64,000 bases of DNA from Yuukianura sp. NJ FZ-2021 (taxonomy: Eukaryota), in contig CM102285.1 of NCBI GenBank assembly GCA_046563655.1, forward strand, positions 124,001 to 188,000, given 5' to 3'. This document shows positions 52,097 to 64,000 of the stretch, in pieces (position 1 is the first letter of the stretch; every line of letters begins with the position of its first letter). Position numbers and translations under genes: made by a program. The notes below the pieces were generated by a model. It worked only from the letters and a program-made list of their open reading frames with translations, was not told where the DNA came from and made no database searches.

Positions 52097-52354
52097 TTTG
52101 GAAAAGTAAATCTGGGGGGTCAAAGGTCAAATCTTCAACGCTAACGCACAGTGGGGTCGACTCGTACAAACAACGACAAGTGTTTCGGTCACAGGTCAAT
52201 TTTCTGAAACATAAAGCAAGACGTTGTTGTCAAACTAATAAAGTGGTAAGCAGAATGCTTCTGTTGGTTGGACAACCGAAACCACGATTTCGTTTAATCT
52301 TGTGAAATTCTTGTAGTATTTTGAAAAATTACGGACAATCCTAAATCCAAAATT

Positions 52355-53961
52355 CTAAACTCCAGCAGTTGTTCCTCCAGCCACGCCCATTTCCGAGTTA
52401 CTGTCATTCCCAAGAAAAAAAAAAGTAAAAATTTAAAAATCAACTAACACTTTTTTTTTGAAAAATTAGTAGCACGTACAGTGATTCTCCGCTAGTACGC
52501 GATCTAGTAGCAGATGGGGGAGGTCCCACATCAGATTCAGTCAGAAATCTGGAAAAAAAATCCAAAATATAAATGTAGTTTTAAAATTTCGCGTAAAATG
52601 GTTCAAATGAAATCCAAAATCAAAATTGCTAACTGTGTTGAAGCAGCGGGATTAGTTTTTTTGGGTTTCCAAAACAAGTGAAACCCAAAGACCTTGAAGG
52701 GCTGTCCCCTTACGTCACACACAAACGTCCACGTCACGATCATTCCAAAAACTGCGACAATCCAAGGGTAGGTGAACAGAAGAACGTGGATACCAGTAGT
52801 GTTGACTTTCTTGATTGCTTTCAGCAACTCTCCACTACAGCCCTGCAAGTAATCCGAGTAATCGAGTAATCAAATTCACGATTACTTGATTATGACGTTG
52901 AAATAGTAGGAATACTAGTTACTTTAGTGTTGATGTTGGTAGTTGTAGCGGGAAACACATTTTTGTTACAACCAGTAACTTTCGGTGACTTGCAGCAAGA
53001 GAGTGGTACGTCCTCGGAGGCCGACAACGTTTTTGCACTGATTCCAAACGTTTTAGTGCCATTGATTCCACAGTGATCTGTAAACGTATAACTAACGTTT
53101 GCTCCTGTGAGGAAATCGGTCCAAGTCAGCTTCGTGTCGATCTGCTTAACATCAGTGTCTTCCAAGTCCACTTCGTCTCCAATGGCACGATTAGCTGTGT
53201 ACTTGTTCTTTTCAAAGTCTTCGTATCCATTGAGGCCACAACATTTCTGTAAATTAAGTTAAGTTAATTAATCTTAGTTAAACAATTAGTTTAGTTCTTA
53301 CCATCTTGGACTGATATGAGTTGAGAAACGTCAATTGGTCAGCTGCGACATCCCGGTTCTCTTTGGTTCTCAAACTAAATGTCTTGAGTGTCTCCGTTTC
53401 GTATCGATAAGCTGACGATTTGAACTCAAAGACAAAAAATATTGAGAAGATTGCAAGCATCACAGTGGCAAACTGAAAATACAGGTCAGAGGTCACCTTT
53501 TTAGTTAATCCGGCTTAAGTTAATTAGATTAGCTTAGTTTATGTTACATTTTGTGGATTCTTGTTAACTTACGGCTAATCCGAATGGGACAGCTGGAGAC
53601 TCCGAACTGGCTGTAAGAGTAGTAATCGTCATGCAAAAAGTTGTCAACGTTAGTAAGTAGTTCATGACACGAAGTAGAAGGAGAATGGTGAGCAACATGC
53701 CAGATTGGGCAGAGATTTTGGTTTGGTCTAGTGCTGTCAGCTCAAACATGATCGTTGCGATGACGGATAAGATCTGGAAGAAAAATATCCACTTTTTAGA
53801 GCAAATGAGCTGGAGAATTTTATATCAGCGATTGACTGACAAGCGAATGACACAGAGACGAGTAGATAAAAACGACTAGAAAACGTTCTTGATCGATAGC
53901 TTACAAAAGTGAGGCTGACGAGAGAGGTGTACAGAAGTCGGACACGGATGCCAATGGCCAT
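52355..53961 (-). CDS. Tetraspanin (~358 aa). Exons 53961-53905, 53773-53573, 53472-53302, 53246-52923, 52842-52634, 52548-52480, 52400-52355
   Basis: Four hydrophobic helices and the QSKMKCCGLNGYEDF, VPLSCC and INTKGC EC2 signatures. The last two exons are less certain. Confidence 0.85.
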
Positions 53962-54946
53962 TGTTGTAGAAAGTGAGTCCAAAAAATTAAAGTAAGTGGA
54001 AAAAAGTAATTATGTTTTAAAAAACGTTAACCAAAATTGCATGGTCTTCCGAAGTGAAACAAAGAACGGAGAAACAACCAGTGCAAAATTCATTTGAAAG
54101 TTCCCGCCTCTTACTCCTGTCATACTGCCGCGCCATTCTAATTCTTAAGTTTCAATTTCAAACCTAATTTTAGTAGTTTGATAAATTACGTTGAATTTTG
54201 TCTGCTTTAGATCTACGATTAATTTTGCAAGAGAATTTATGAAATTTTATATCAAATTCTACTTTTCGAACGAATTTCTGGAATTTGTGATAGCCAATCA
54301 CAGAATAGCAATGGCTAAATTCTACAAAAAAGCGAAATGGCCTCCTGGAATTGCCATTCCTTTTGGAACTGGCATTGCAAAATTCGCTAAATTCAAAACA
54401 ATCAACTGCTATATCGTCACATTGAAAATGTGTTTAATTAATCATTTAAATACTTGGTCCAAACTTAACTTAATTCTAAACTAAGTCGGACTTACTCTTC
54501 TTAAATAAGTTAAACATTAGTTAATCGTGACTATATTGAATTCTAAATTTATTTTACCCAGTTGCAATGGCAAAACTCAATTGTTGAAGTTTTGCAATTT
54601 TCCAATCGCAATTGTTTTGGCAAAATCAAATACACGGAGAAAGAAAAAACATGAGGCAAGACTGATATCAGCTGTTACTTCTTAAATCATCTTTCAGTTT
54701 TAATTACTTCCTGTATTACTTTTAATTAATTGTGATTAATTATTTATTGATTCCTTTCCTTTAGCTCTTATCCTCGATTCTAGAAGCGGACGGATAAGGA
54801 AGGACCTAGCAGAAGTTATTTTTAGAGTAGAGAACAGACGGTAATTAAATTGGAATTAAGCTACTCAATTGTTCTACTTCTGTCTAACTGTGGAGTTTAA
54901 TTAGTTAATTGATTACCTAGGTTGACATACAACAGAAGAGCTAAAC

Positions 54947-57154
54947 ATGACGTCCATGGAGGAACTGAAACACTTTGAGCACTACTTCCTCCACTGGATG
55001 GGTGACCTTGAGTTATCCCCTGACTTGGCTCGTGACATGCGTTCAGAAGTGCCTTTTAGAAGACCCGACAGTTTTGAAGAAGACAAGGAAAGCTTCGGAG
55101 AGAGCATGCGCATGATGACCCTTCAAGATGTCGTTGGGCCCTTCGTCCTTTGCTTCCTGGAGTTCCAGACTTCGGACTTTGATGAGTCAGATGCTTCCAT
55201 TCAGTACATCGAAGACATGATTGCTCATATTGAAACCAAACCGTACTTGACAGAGTACTTGGACGGAGTTTACTACTTGTTTCGACTGATCAAACTACAT
55301 CGAGATTTGGTCCATCCAAGACTCGGAACACCTTCGGAGCAAGAACCGTCAATTGACGAATTGACTTCAGACTTCCATGAATTACAACCCAAGGCAAAGT
55401 CAATTGTGGCCACTGCTCATTGGATCCTCAACGAATCCATTCGATCCCGCAAGGAACTGGCTGTCGACTCTCTCAAAGAGGTAAACTGAACTACACGAAC
55501 TTTTTGTAGTAATTACACAGTAATTGAACTACTTAAGTAATTACAAACTTCTTTGATTGCAGATGCTCCAACTGGATCCAACTAACTGGGTCTGGAACTA
55601 CTTGATGTGCAGTAGAATGAGATTCCTGAGAAGAACGCATGGATTTGAAGGGAAGAAGTTCAATCCATCAAGTTATCCATGCAAAGAGGAAATTGATGGA
55701 GCCTTGTCAGCTGTTGAGCACTGCAAAGATTTGCACTATCGCCTGATTTGTACTGCCGCAGTATCACAAGTACTGGCGGAAATCGTTCGTGCCAAAGTCA
55801 ACTGTGGAGATTTTAGTTCCGTTAAAGTTGGAAACAAGGAGTATGCCAGTCTCCAGCTAGTCGTGGACGACATCATCGAATCGGCTTGGTAAGTTCCGCC
55901 AATCAGCTGAGACTAAAAAGTGCTAAAAACTACAAAAGTACTAAAAAAAAGTTTGATTTCGTTTTTTGAACGTTTCAGTGAGGCTCTGATGGAGATTTCT
56001 TGTGGATTTGCTGAGTACATTCGATACGGTGAAATCCTTGGCCTTATTCTTCCAGTGCAATTCAGAAACTACATGGTGGCCGCTGCTTGTATGAAAACTG
56101 CTTGGGCAATTGTGCCGTCCAACTCCAAGGTCAACCACAAAATGGGGTCAATCATTCTCAACTGGGTAAATTTCCAAAAAACGAAGGTTTTTTCATAAAA
56201 TTTTCAAAAATTTTCAGTCATAATTTTGGATTTGAGTAAACAGTTTGTGTTTTTTAGAGAAAGGATACGAAGAGAGCAGTCAAGTTTTTCCGAAATGCTG
56301 TGATTATTGAGCCGTTTAATTTTCCCGCCTGGATGGATTTGCTTCCCGCCCTGCTTTCAGATTTTGATGAAAATCGGACCAAGTTCGACGGTTTGTTTCA
56401 AATTGCCAAAAAGTCGGACGCTGATTGGTCGCCTGTTCAGCGCGGCACATTTCTCTTCTTCCAAGGATGTGTTGCCTTCCTCAGTGGAAATAAAGTAGAG
56501 GATTCTGGATTCTTGAACTTCTGGGTCCAGTCGTCTGCCACTGAATACAGTGGATTCAATGTAAAATTTCAAAATTTCACATTAGTTTTGAAAATTTTGT
56601 CAACTTCTTTTTTTTTTTCATTTTTTGACTTTTTTTAGGATTTATCCAGGATGAGAGCCCGATATGCTTGGCCACGGGACCATCCTCTGACAGTGGACGC
56701 AGTACTGGAGATGATTGATGCTCTCCAAGCATCCGGTGATTTCGAACCTGACGACTCAGGAATCGTCAGACTCCGAGGATTAGTCGCTGCTGCCAAGATA
56801 GAAGAAGGAGCTTACCATCAGCAGCGTCAACAGCGACATTTCGAAAGAACTGGAAGCCAGGATGGAACTGGAGACGCTGGAAATCAGCGACAACGGCAGC
56901 GATCTCGGAACTCCAATTCTTGGAGTGAAGCGGACAATGACAACATGTGGAGACGACCAAGTGGACCTAATGCTGGCAGTACTACTGGCAGTAGTCCTCG
57001 ACCGCTCCTGGAAACCGTTCCGGATGAAAGACGCTCCGGTACCGGTACCGGTTCGAAGTGGAACAACTCGGGTAGACGGTCAAGTGAAGACAAATACAAA
57101 CCGAAATACTCGTCGTCGAATCGGAGCGACTCCGCTCCGGACAGTTGGCGATAA
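54947..57154 (+). CDS. TPR/helical-repeat protein, possibly IFIT-like (~621 aa), with disordered R/S/G tail. Exons 54947-55480, 55563-55888, 55979-56165, 56258-56560, 56639-57154
   Basis: TPR-like units AVDSLKEMLQLDPTNWVWNY, AWAIVPSNSKVNHKMG and AVKFFRNAVIIEPFNFPAW; exons in phase. The family call is tentative. Confidence 0.7.
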
Positions 57155-57352
57155 TTTGGTTCCGCTCCGGTTTCCGCTCCTGGTTAAAGTTACTATGATT
57201 TATTGACTAATTTTGTTATCCAATAAAAAGACTGGATTCTGGATACTAATTTTTGGATATATTTCTTTCAGTATAAATTTGAAATGAATAAAAATAAGTT
57301 GAAAAGTTGTGAATTGAGCTGAAGATTTGATGAAAATTCAAAAGATTTAGCA

Positions 57353-59640
57353 TTAGGGTGGATCTGAAGCTTTGTTCATGTTTACAGACCTTAATTCTTC
57401 TTGACTTTTCTTTGTTTTGTTTCTGGGTGGAGGATCTCTGCTTTTTCGCATTTTCCCGCCGTTCAATTCGTATTTCTCGTGCACTTTTAAATGCGTTCCA
57501 AGGTTTTCCTTCCGATTGAATTCACGGCCACAACGCTCGCATTGAAACTTTTGAGTTGCGTCAAGGTGAACTTGCTCTTCATGTCGCCTGCAACACAATC
57601 ATCAACTCTATCAAAATCAATTTGAGTTTATAATATAAAATAAAATAATATATAAAAATAACAAAGACATACCTTAATTTTAAGCGTGTTTTGAATTTTA
57701 ATTGGCATCCTTCAAATGAGCACAGCCAAGGTTTATCGTCACTGTGTACCAGCATGTGAGTTTTTAATGCAGTTGCAGAAGGAAATTTTGCTCCGCAGAC
57801 ATGACACACTTGCGTTTTTAGTTCTTCCTTCTCTTCAGGCTTCAAATGGGTTCGTAAATGTTTTGTCAAACTTGGTTTATAAACCGTAGACCTGCAGTTT
57901 ACAAAAAAAAAAACTATCAAAATTCCTACAATAGAGAATTTTGCGAGTTTAAAATGAACAAGACAAAATCACAAAATTACAAAAAGAATGCAAAATTACT
58001 TACCAACCACACTGCTTACAAATGAATGGTTTGAGTCCCAAGTGCAAATTCATATGTACTTTATGCGCCCCTGCATTCTGAAAGACTTTGCCACAGTTTT
58101 CAACAGAACATCTGAACGGGCCATCCGGGTCAAAGTCACTATCGCTGTCATCTGGGCTCAAGCCATCATCTGTGGATTCATCTTCAAACTCTAACAGAGA
58201 CACCAAAATACTTAAGACATTTATCAAACAGGGCAAATTATACAGTAGTCTATCCAACTTAGGAAATAGACCAAATACAAAACAATCGCAAATGCAAAAG
58301 AAAATTAGAAAATTACATGAGGCGGAGAGCCAATTGCCATTGCAAAATGCCCCACTTGTCATTTCATGTTTCATTTTGTCAATTTATTGCCAAGCTGAGT
58401 TTAGCATGTTGATCAAAATGGAGCATAAATGAAGGGATACATTGTATTTAGATAATTACGGCAATGGTTCAAGTTTTTCATTTCTCAATTGCCATTGTTT
58501 TGTATTTTGTACAATTTCATAAGTTGGAGAGACTACTGTATTTGTATGTTACTGTTATGTTACATTACCTTTGAATGGAGTTTCATCAATTGGGTTGCCC
58601 ATTGGTATGAGCAACGGATCTTCAAGCGGACGTTTCCTTGGTGTTCCCCTCTGGGGAATATCAACTTGATCTGTATTTTTATAGAAATGTATTGAATTAG
58701 ATTAGTAATTAATACATAATTACACAACTACATAACTACAGTGTCCTCTACCAACTTATTCCATGTGCAAAATACAAAACGAATTGCAATTGCACTCCAA
58801 TGGGGTTAGAAAATTGCATGCCTGAGGTCAAATTGCCATTGCAAAATACCCCATTTCCCATTTCATTTTGTCTGTTTACCGCCAGTTTACCAGTGCAGTT
58901 TTGTATTTGTCAATTGCAATGTGTTTTGTATTTTGCACATTTCATAAGTCACAGACTTTTCTGTATGTTACCTTCCAATGGAATTTCAATCGTGTTGTCA
59001 ACTGGTATGAACAACGGATCTTCTTCTTCATGCGGCCGTTTCCTTGGTGTTCCCCTTCCCCGCTTGGGAGTTTCAACTCCATCTATATTTTAGAAATGTA
59101 TTGATTTAAATTAATAAGTAATAACTAATTAACTAACTAACACTCTGAATGTGTTAAATAGTTCAGGAACATACCAATATCAGTATTAGGATTTTGAATT
59201 GATTTAGGACGTCTAGCAATCCTTGCCTCCAGTCTATCCTTTGACATAGTTTCAGCTTCTAATTGAAACGTAGGATCTGGACTGCTGTTTCCATCACAAG
59301 TTTCGTTGCAGTTGTCCTTTGAGAAAACGGAACCAAAAGCACTAGATGACTTCGTCTTGCCCTTAAACGATGTCCAAACAGGATATAAATCCTGGAGAAC
59401 AGCAGAACAGTCGCAGCATAACTTAGATTGCATCATTTCCTCTGACATGTTGCACTTAAAAATGGCTGATACAGCCTCGCCAACCGTAATGAACTTGTAG
59501 TGTTGTTTGAAATGTGCTTCAGGATAAAGTAGATCCTTCACTGACAACTGCACGTAGCCATCAGGTGGATCTGTTTCCAACTTGACATCACAATTGCCAC
59601 AGCGCCCAATGTTTACAACAGGTAAATATTCGGATGCCAT
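57353..59640 (-). CDS. ZAD + 5x C2H2 zinc-finger protein (~439 aa). Exons 59640-59175, 59082-58972, 58670-58569, 58190-58004, 57891-57673, 57587-57353
   Basis: CGNC...LCCDC ZAD-like N-terminus; five C2H2 fingers with LGLKPF/SDDKPW linkers; in phase. Confidence 0.85.
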
Positions 59641-60072
59641 TCCTTGTTGCGTCTAAAAATTTAGAAAAACAAACGTTTTTCAGTCGATTCGACGATTGTT
59701 AAAAGTTAGACTTAGAAAAATTAGAACTTAGTCCAATTACCTGGTTATCGCACAAGGATTTAGTGGCTCCAAAGTAGAAAACAAAAAGCTTAACTGATTA
59801 ATTAACTTGTCAATTAATCTGTAACTGTTAAGTAATTACATTTTATGAGAGAGAGAAGAGATCCACTGTATGAAAGTTGAAATGTAAACAACGATGTCCT
59901 TGTAGAGCATACTGCAGTATTACCCAATCACTCTCATTTTGTAATTTGAGCAGATATGGGCACATTGATAAATTATTGAATTAAAGTGAATAAATTTATA
60001 AATAAAATGAAATATTTAAATACTTAAATTTTTCATTTTAATTTAAAGTATTTAAATTAAAATGTAAATTAC

Positions 60073-60216
60073 CAAGGGCCGGATAAGAAAATAAATTTTT
60101 TTTAAAACTTTCCCGCCTTTAAAAACCTGTAAAAACTTTAAAATCTTATAAATACAATTTTTATTTTCGAATTCGAACTATTACGCAACCTGTTTAAAGG
60201 AATTCAACAGACCTTG
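60073..60216. mobile_element. Short degenerate MITE family A-related copy
   Basis: CAAGGGCCGGATAAG start and TATTACGCAACCTG..GACCTTG end, as in the 17258 copy; no TSD visible. Confidence 0.5.
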
Positions 60217-60398
60217 GGATTTTCTAAGACAATGTAAAAAAAAAAAAAACACTTTAGAAATAAATATACAAAAAAAAAATGGAATTAACTCGTGAAATCG
60301 TTGTAGCTCCGATTACATTTCAGAATATTTACAATTGACTTGCTGTAATAGTAGGAGTATTATCTACTTACAACGAATCCTAGTGAGCCTAACATTTT

Positions 60399-63300
60399 CT
60401 AGCAGAATTCATTCATTTGATTTATAATTTCCATGGACTCGGATACTGGATTGGTTGATTCTTTTGTACGTCCACCTTTTTTCCGTTGTTTAGGTGGCTG
60501 CTTAACTGCGACTCCATTTTCATCTCGATCTCGGTAAGGACAGTGGAATTTTTCATGCTGCCAAAGGTAATTCATCAATCCAAAGGTTTTACCACATTTC
60601 GGACAAGGCAAACTCTCCCTAGCGTGGATCTTTAAATGACGCTAAAAAGTTCACACGAAAATACATTATTATCATTAGAATTTACATAAGAAAATCCTAT
60701 CGACGCGTTAAGTTTGAGTACTTCCTGCAACTGAAGTTCCTTACCTGCAGTACTTGTTGTCGTGCAAATTCCTTCCCACATGTACCACACTTCCATCCTC
60801 TTTCTTGATGCGCAGATGAAACATGTCTGGACAACTGATACTACCAAACAAAATAATTTCTGTATAGTAAATTCTTAAAAAAATACTAAACTGAATAAGA
60901 TGAGAACTTTTAACCCAAGGTTCCTTAACAACGGAACTGCATTTCCTACAACAGGTTGTCCAGTAACTCGGGGTTTTCCGAAATCTCGCTTCAAACAATT
61001 TTTTGAACCAATTCCATTTAAATCACAGAAAAATACCCGAGGAAGGAATTTTTGCTATTCTTTAAACAAAATTTAAAACTTCGAGTTATTGGACAACCTG
61101 GTGTAGAACTAACAATTTCCTTGTTTACGAACCTTGTTCAGTTACTACTTCGTAAGTAAGATTTTTATTAACATTAAAATGCGTAAACTCATGTAAAAAG
61201 TACTCACCGAGTTTGCGCAGGTGACATTACACTGCTGACAAGAAACACGAACTTTTGGTGCGACGTGTTTCGTTTCTTTCCTGTGTGCGCTTAGATCCTT
61301 CTAAAATAAGGTTTTTAAAAAAAATGAACAACAAAATAGAACATTGTGCTTTAACTCAAATTTTTAAGTTTTTACCTGATTTTTGAAACCAAGTCCACAA
61401 CCACTATGGCTACAAATCTTCAAAGCTTTTTCATGTTTTTCTTTTCTCTTCTTCACTTGGTCGGGATGTGCTGTTTGCTTATGCTTCCATAACCCAGTTA
61501 CACTTTTAAATGTCATTGGACACTGGTCACATTGTTGTGGAGGTTTACACAAGTGTATTTCTCTAACATGGCTTCGAAGATCTTTGAGATTCGGGAATTC
61601 ACGTTCTTCAGATGAGCAAGGACTCATGACACAAAGGATGGCTGGAGATTTGGCAACATGCAGTGATTCATGCTCTTCCAAATCAGCGTTTCCAGTTTGA
61701 GGGAATTCCAAGTGACAAAACTGGCAGGGTAAAGTTGACTTCTTGCGATGACTCATTTTGAGCTTGTTTAGAACTTGACAGCGGCGGATAACCATGGAAT
61801 TCAATGATTCAGTTCGGTTTGAACAAACGCTTTTATGATTGATGAGGTACTTTTTAGTACGAAATCCTTTTCCACATCTGGGACACAGGAATTCACGTGT
61901 AGTGTTGTGTGTATCTTGGTGAGCCTTTAAAAGACAAAAACGTTTTAGGAACGTATTTTAAAACAGGTCGAAAATAGAGAGAAGGATATGTTACCGTAAG
62001 TTTGGTAATTGAGTTGAAAGTTTTGTCACAGTATTTACATTTCCTGATGACATTTGAATGAGTAGCTCTTTTATGGCGCCTTAGCTGAGCCTGAAAGAGA
62101 AAAAAAATTATAGTCAAATCAAAATCAATTTACTAAACACAGATCGTTTCAACAACGATTAGGACTACGTTCACTTTTTCACTAAAAATTGTTTGTACTA
62201 AACCCTTACCTCAATGAAATATGTTTTTCCACATTCATCACAAGCTACTTCCCTTGGAACTTGAGGATGTTTTGATTGGTAATGTTCATTCAGTTGGTTG
62301 TTTTTTGCAAAGGAGTCATTGCATGTTGTAATATGGCATCTATATATAAGATATGGACGTTGCAAATGAATACGGCGAAAATGATGACGGAGAGACAGTC
62401 GACTGCTATAAGGTTTTCCACATATGTGACACTTTGTTTTGCTCCGTTTTTCATTTTCTGCCAGCGGATCAGATTCTGATAAAGAAATTCAAATCAAATT
62501 AACGAGTGATTACATTGCCAAATTGCCATTAGATTTCAAAGAGATGGAGAGGGACAAAGGTTCTTATAGCAAACAAAATAGTTTTTCGTTAACAGGTTAG
62601 GGAATAACTACATTTTTCGATTTTTCACAAAATCTCACAGCTAACACTTTTTTCCGCCAATCCCAATGTACAACATACAAATCATTGCCACGACAGAAAA
62701 GAACGAACGGTGAAAAGTTTTGCTAATTTTTTTAAACAAAATTTGAGAAGTTTGAGTTATTGCGTAAGTTATTAAAGAAAAAACTATTTACTTGTTCGCG
62801 AACCTTGGTGAGTGAGACGAAGCGATTAATAATGAAATTACCTTGCATGGCAGAACCCTCATCACGGTCACAAAACACTTCTTTCTGCTCCGAGTCGTAA
62901 ACTGTGTGTTTAGTTTCTTCGATAACAGATGCTCTAGAATTCCATTGCTGATATTCATTTGCTCTGCTCCTAACTGGATGCTCGGGTTCATCAGATGATG
63001 TAAAATGTTGATCCAATGGATCTGCCTCCTCTTCTGCTCCAGAATCCACTTCTACTTTTATCGGTTGGTTACAAGTACTTTTGAGATTCAGTTCTTTAGC
63101 CAATGCTAGAATGATCTGTTGCGGATCTTGTTCGGGGTTCGATCTTCTCGCAAGTCCCGTCAGCTGACCGTAGTGCTTGGCAATTGAATCCAGAATTTCC
63201 TTCTTTTGGAGTTTCACAACTCGTTTTAGATCTTGTATCTTCTTCATTGTGTAGTCAATGTTCAACAGTGCTTGGAAACACTTTTTACAGTAGAAGCCTT

Positions 63301-63642
63301 GTTCAAACGTTGACTTGTAGCGTTTGACATTCACGGCTAAGGCGTTACATAACGACTGAGCCCGACTCTTCTGCCATTGCTTAAGTAATCGTTCATTGGC
63401 TTTAGTTGACTTGGTCGTAGTAATCCAATTGTAGCATTTCTGGCCACATAAAAGACAGCGACAGGGCCTTCGGTTTCGTCGGTGGTGTGGTGAAGAGGTG
63501 TCGGAGTCTTGCAAATCGTCAGATTCATCGACGTTGTCATCCGGCAGAAAATCGTTTGGGTTTAGTAATACTTCCGCTCTAAAATGGCTCTCACTCTCTT
63601 CCACTTTGCAACCCGAACTCGTTCAGCTGAATCAACCTCCAT
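60399..63642 (-). CDS. ZAD + ~12 C2H2 zinc-finger protein with an apparent 1-nt frameshift near 63606. Exons 63642-62842, 62475-62210, 62090-61995, 61924-61376, 61300-61208, 60840-60745, 60641-60399
   Basis: CLLC...YCKKC ZAD plus coiled coil and 12 finger motifs. Downstream exons are in phase; the first exon is one base short from ATG 63642. Confidence 0.8.
60916..61136. mobile_element. MITE family A copy in a zinc-finger gene intron
   Basis: Closely matches the 9332 copy at both TIRs; no clear TSD. Confidence 0.85.
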
Positions 63643-64000
63643 TTTCAAATCTGTAATGAAACATACGAGTTAGTAAGTAGCGGTTATCTTTGGTGTTAAG
63701 ATTAAAGAACAATGACCTCACCATTTGCTTTTCAACTAGGAGCAGACCTTTAGCAGGAGCTAAACGTTTGCCCTCCGTTTCATGAACTTGTATCAGCTGA
63801 CAGATACATGGTAGTGGTACAGTATAAATGTCAATTCAACACAATGAATTACTGGCTATAAGATGACTGTTACCCGTAGTAGTTGTGACTTCCGGTTTAT
63901 TCCGGAGGAAGAAGGACGATTCCCTGAGATTCCTATTTTGCGAAACTAACTAAATTAGATCTCTTTTTTATAATGAGAATTTACCAAATTCTGCTGAATT

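Noticed and set aside
52008-52199. ORF-track frame MLAIRKKSQ.. as the kinase N-terminus
   Set aside because: It stops before the donor; the MFWKCWP frame splices in phase instead.
1-64000. Horizontally acquired bacterial genes or autonomous transposase/RT ORFs
   Set aside because: None recognised; all identifiable genes are intron-containing metazoan-type families.

Overview
This is AT-rich eukaryotic DNA with short GT-AG introns, from an arthropod. ZAD-type zinc fingers, a CCAP-receptor-like GPCR and TTAGG-like interstitial repeats point to a hexapod; a springtail is my guess, not proven. I reconstructed gene models by hand from splice sites and exon phases; all close in frame except the last. 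Left gene-dense block (1-16.6 kb): AT-hook/C2H2 protein (+), exosome MTR3-like RNase PH subunit (-), GTSF1-like CHHC finger protein (+), TSNAXIP1-like (+), two small orphan membrane proteins (+), and a shortened TopBP1 (BRCT0-1-2 plus 4-5 only) whose first coding exon overlaps the last exon of the upstream membrane-protein gene in another frame. Middle (21.4-49.3 kb): a 10-exon CCAP-receptor-like GPCR with CWxP changed to CSSP, hosting an antisense DNAJB13 gene in intron 8. Right block: a probably inactive arginine-kinase-like protein, a tetraspanin, an IFIT-like TPR protein and two ZAD-C2H2 genes (one with a duplicated exon, one with a 1-nt frameshift after its ATG). Several MITE families (including a P-element-like family with 8-bp TSDs), a tRNA-derived SINE-like head and satellites lie in introns. 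There are no prokaryotic systems or CRISPR arrays. Family calls come from remembered motifs, not database searches.
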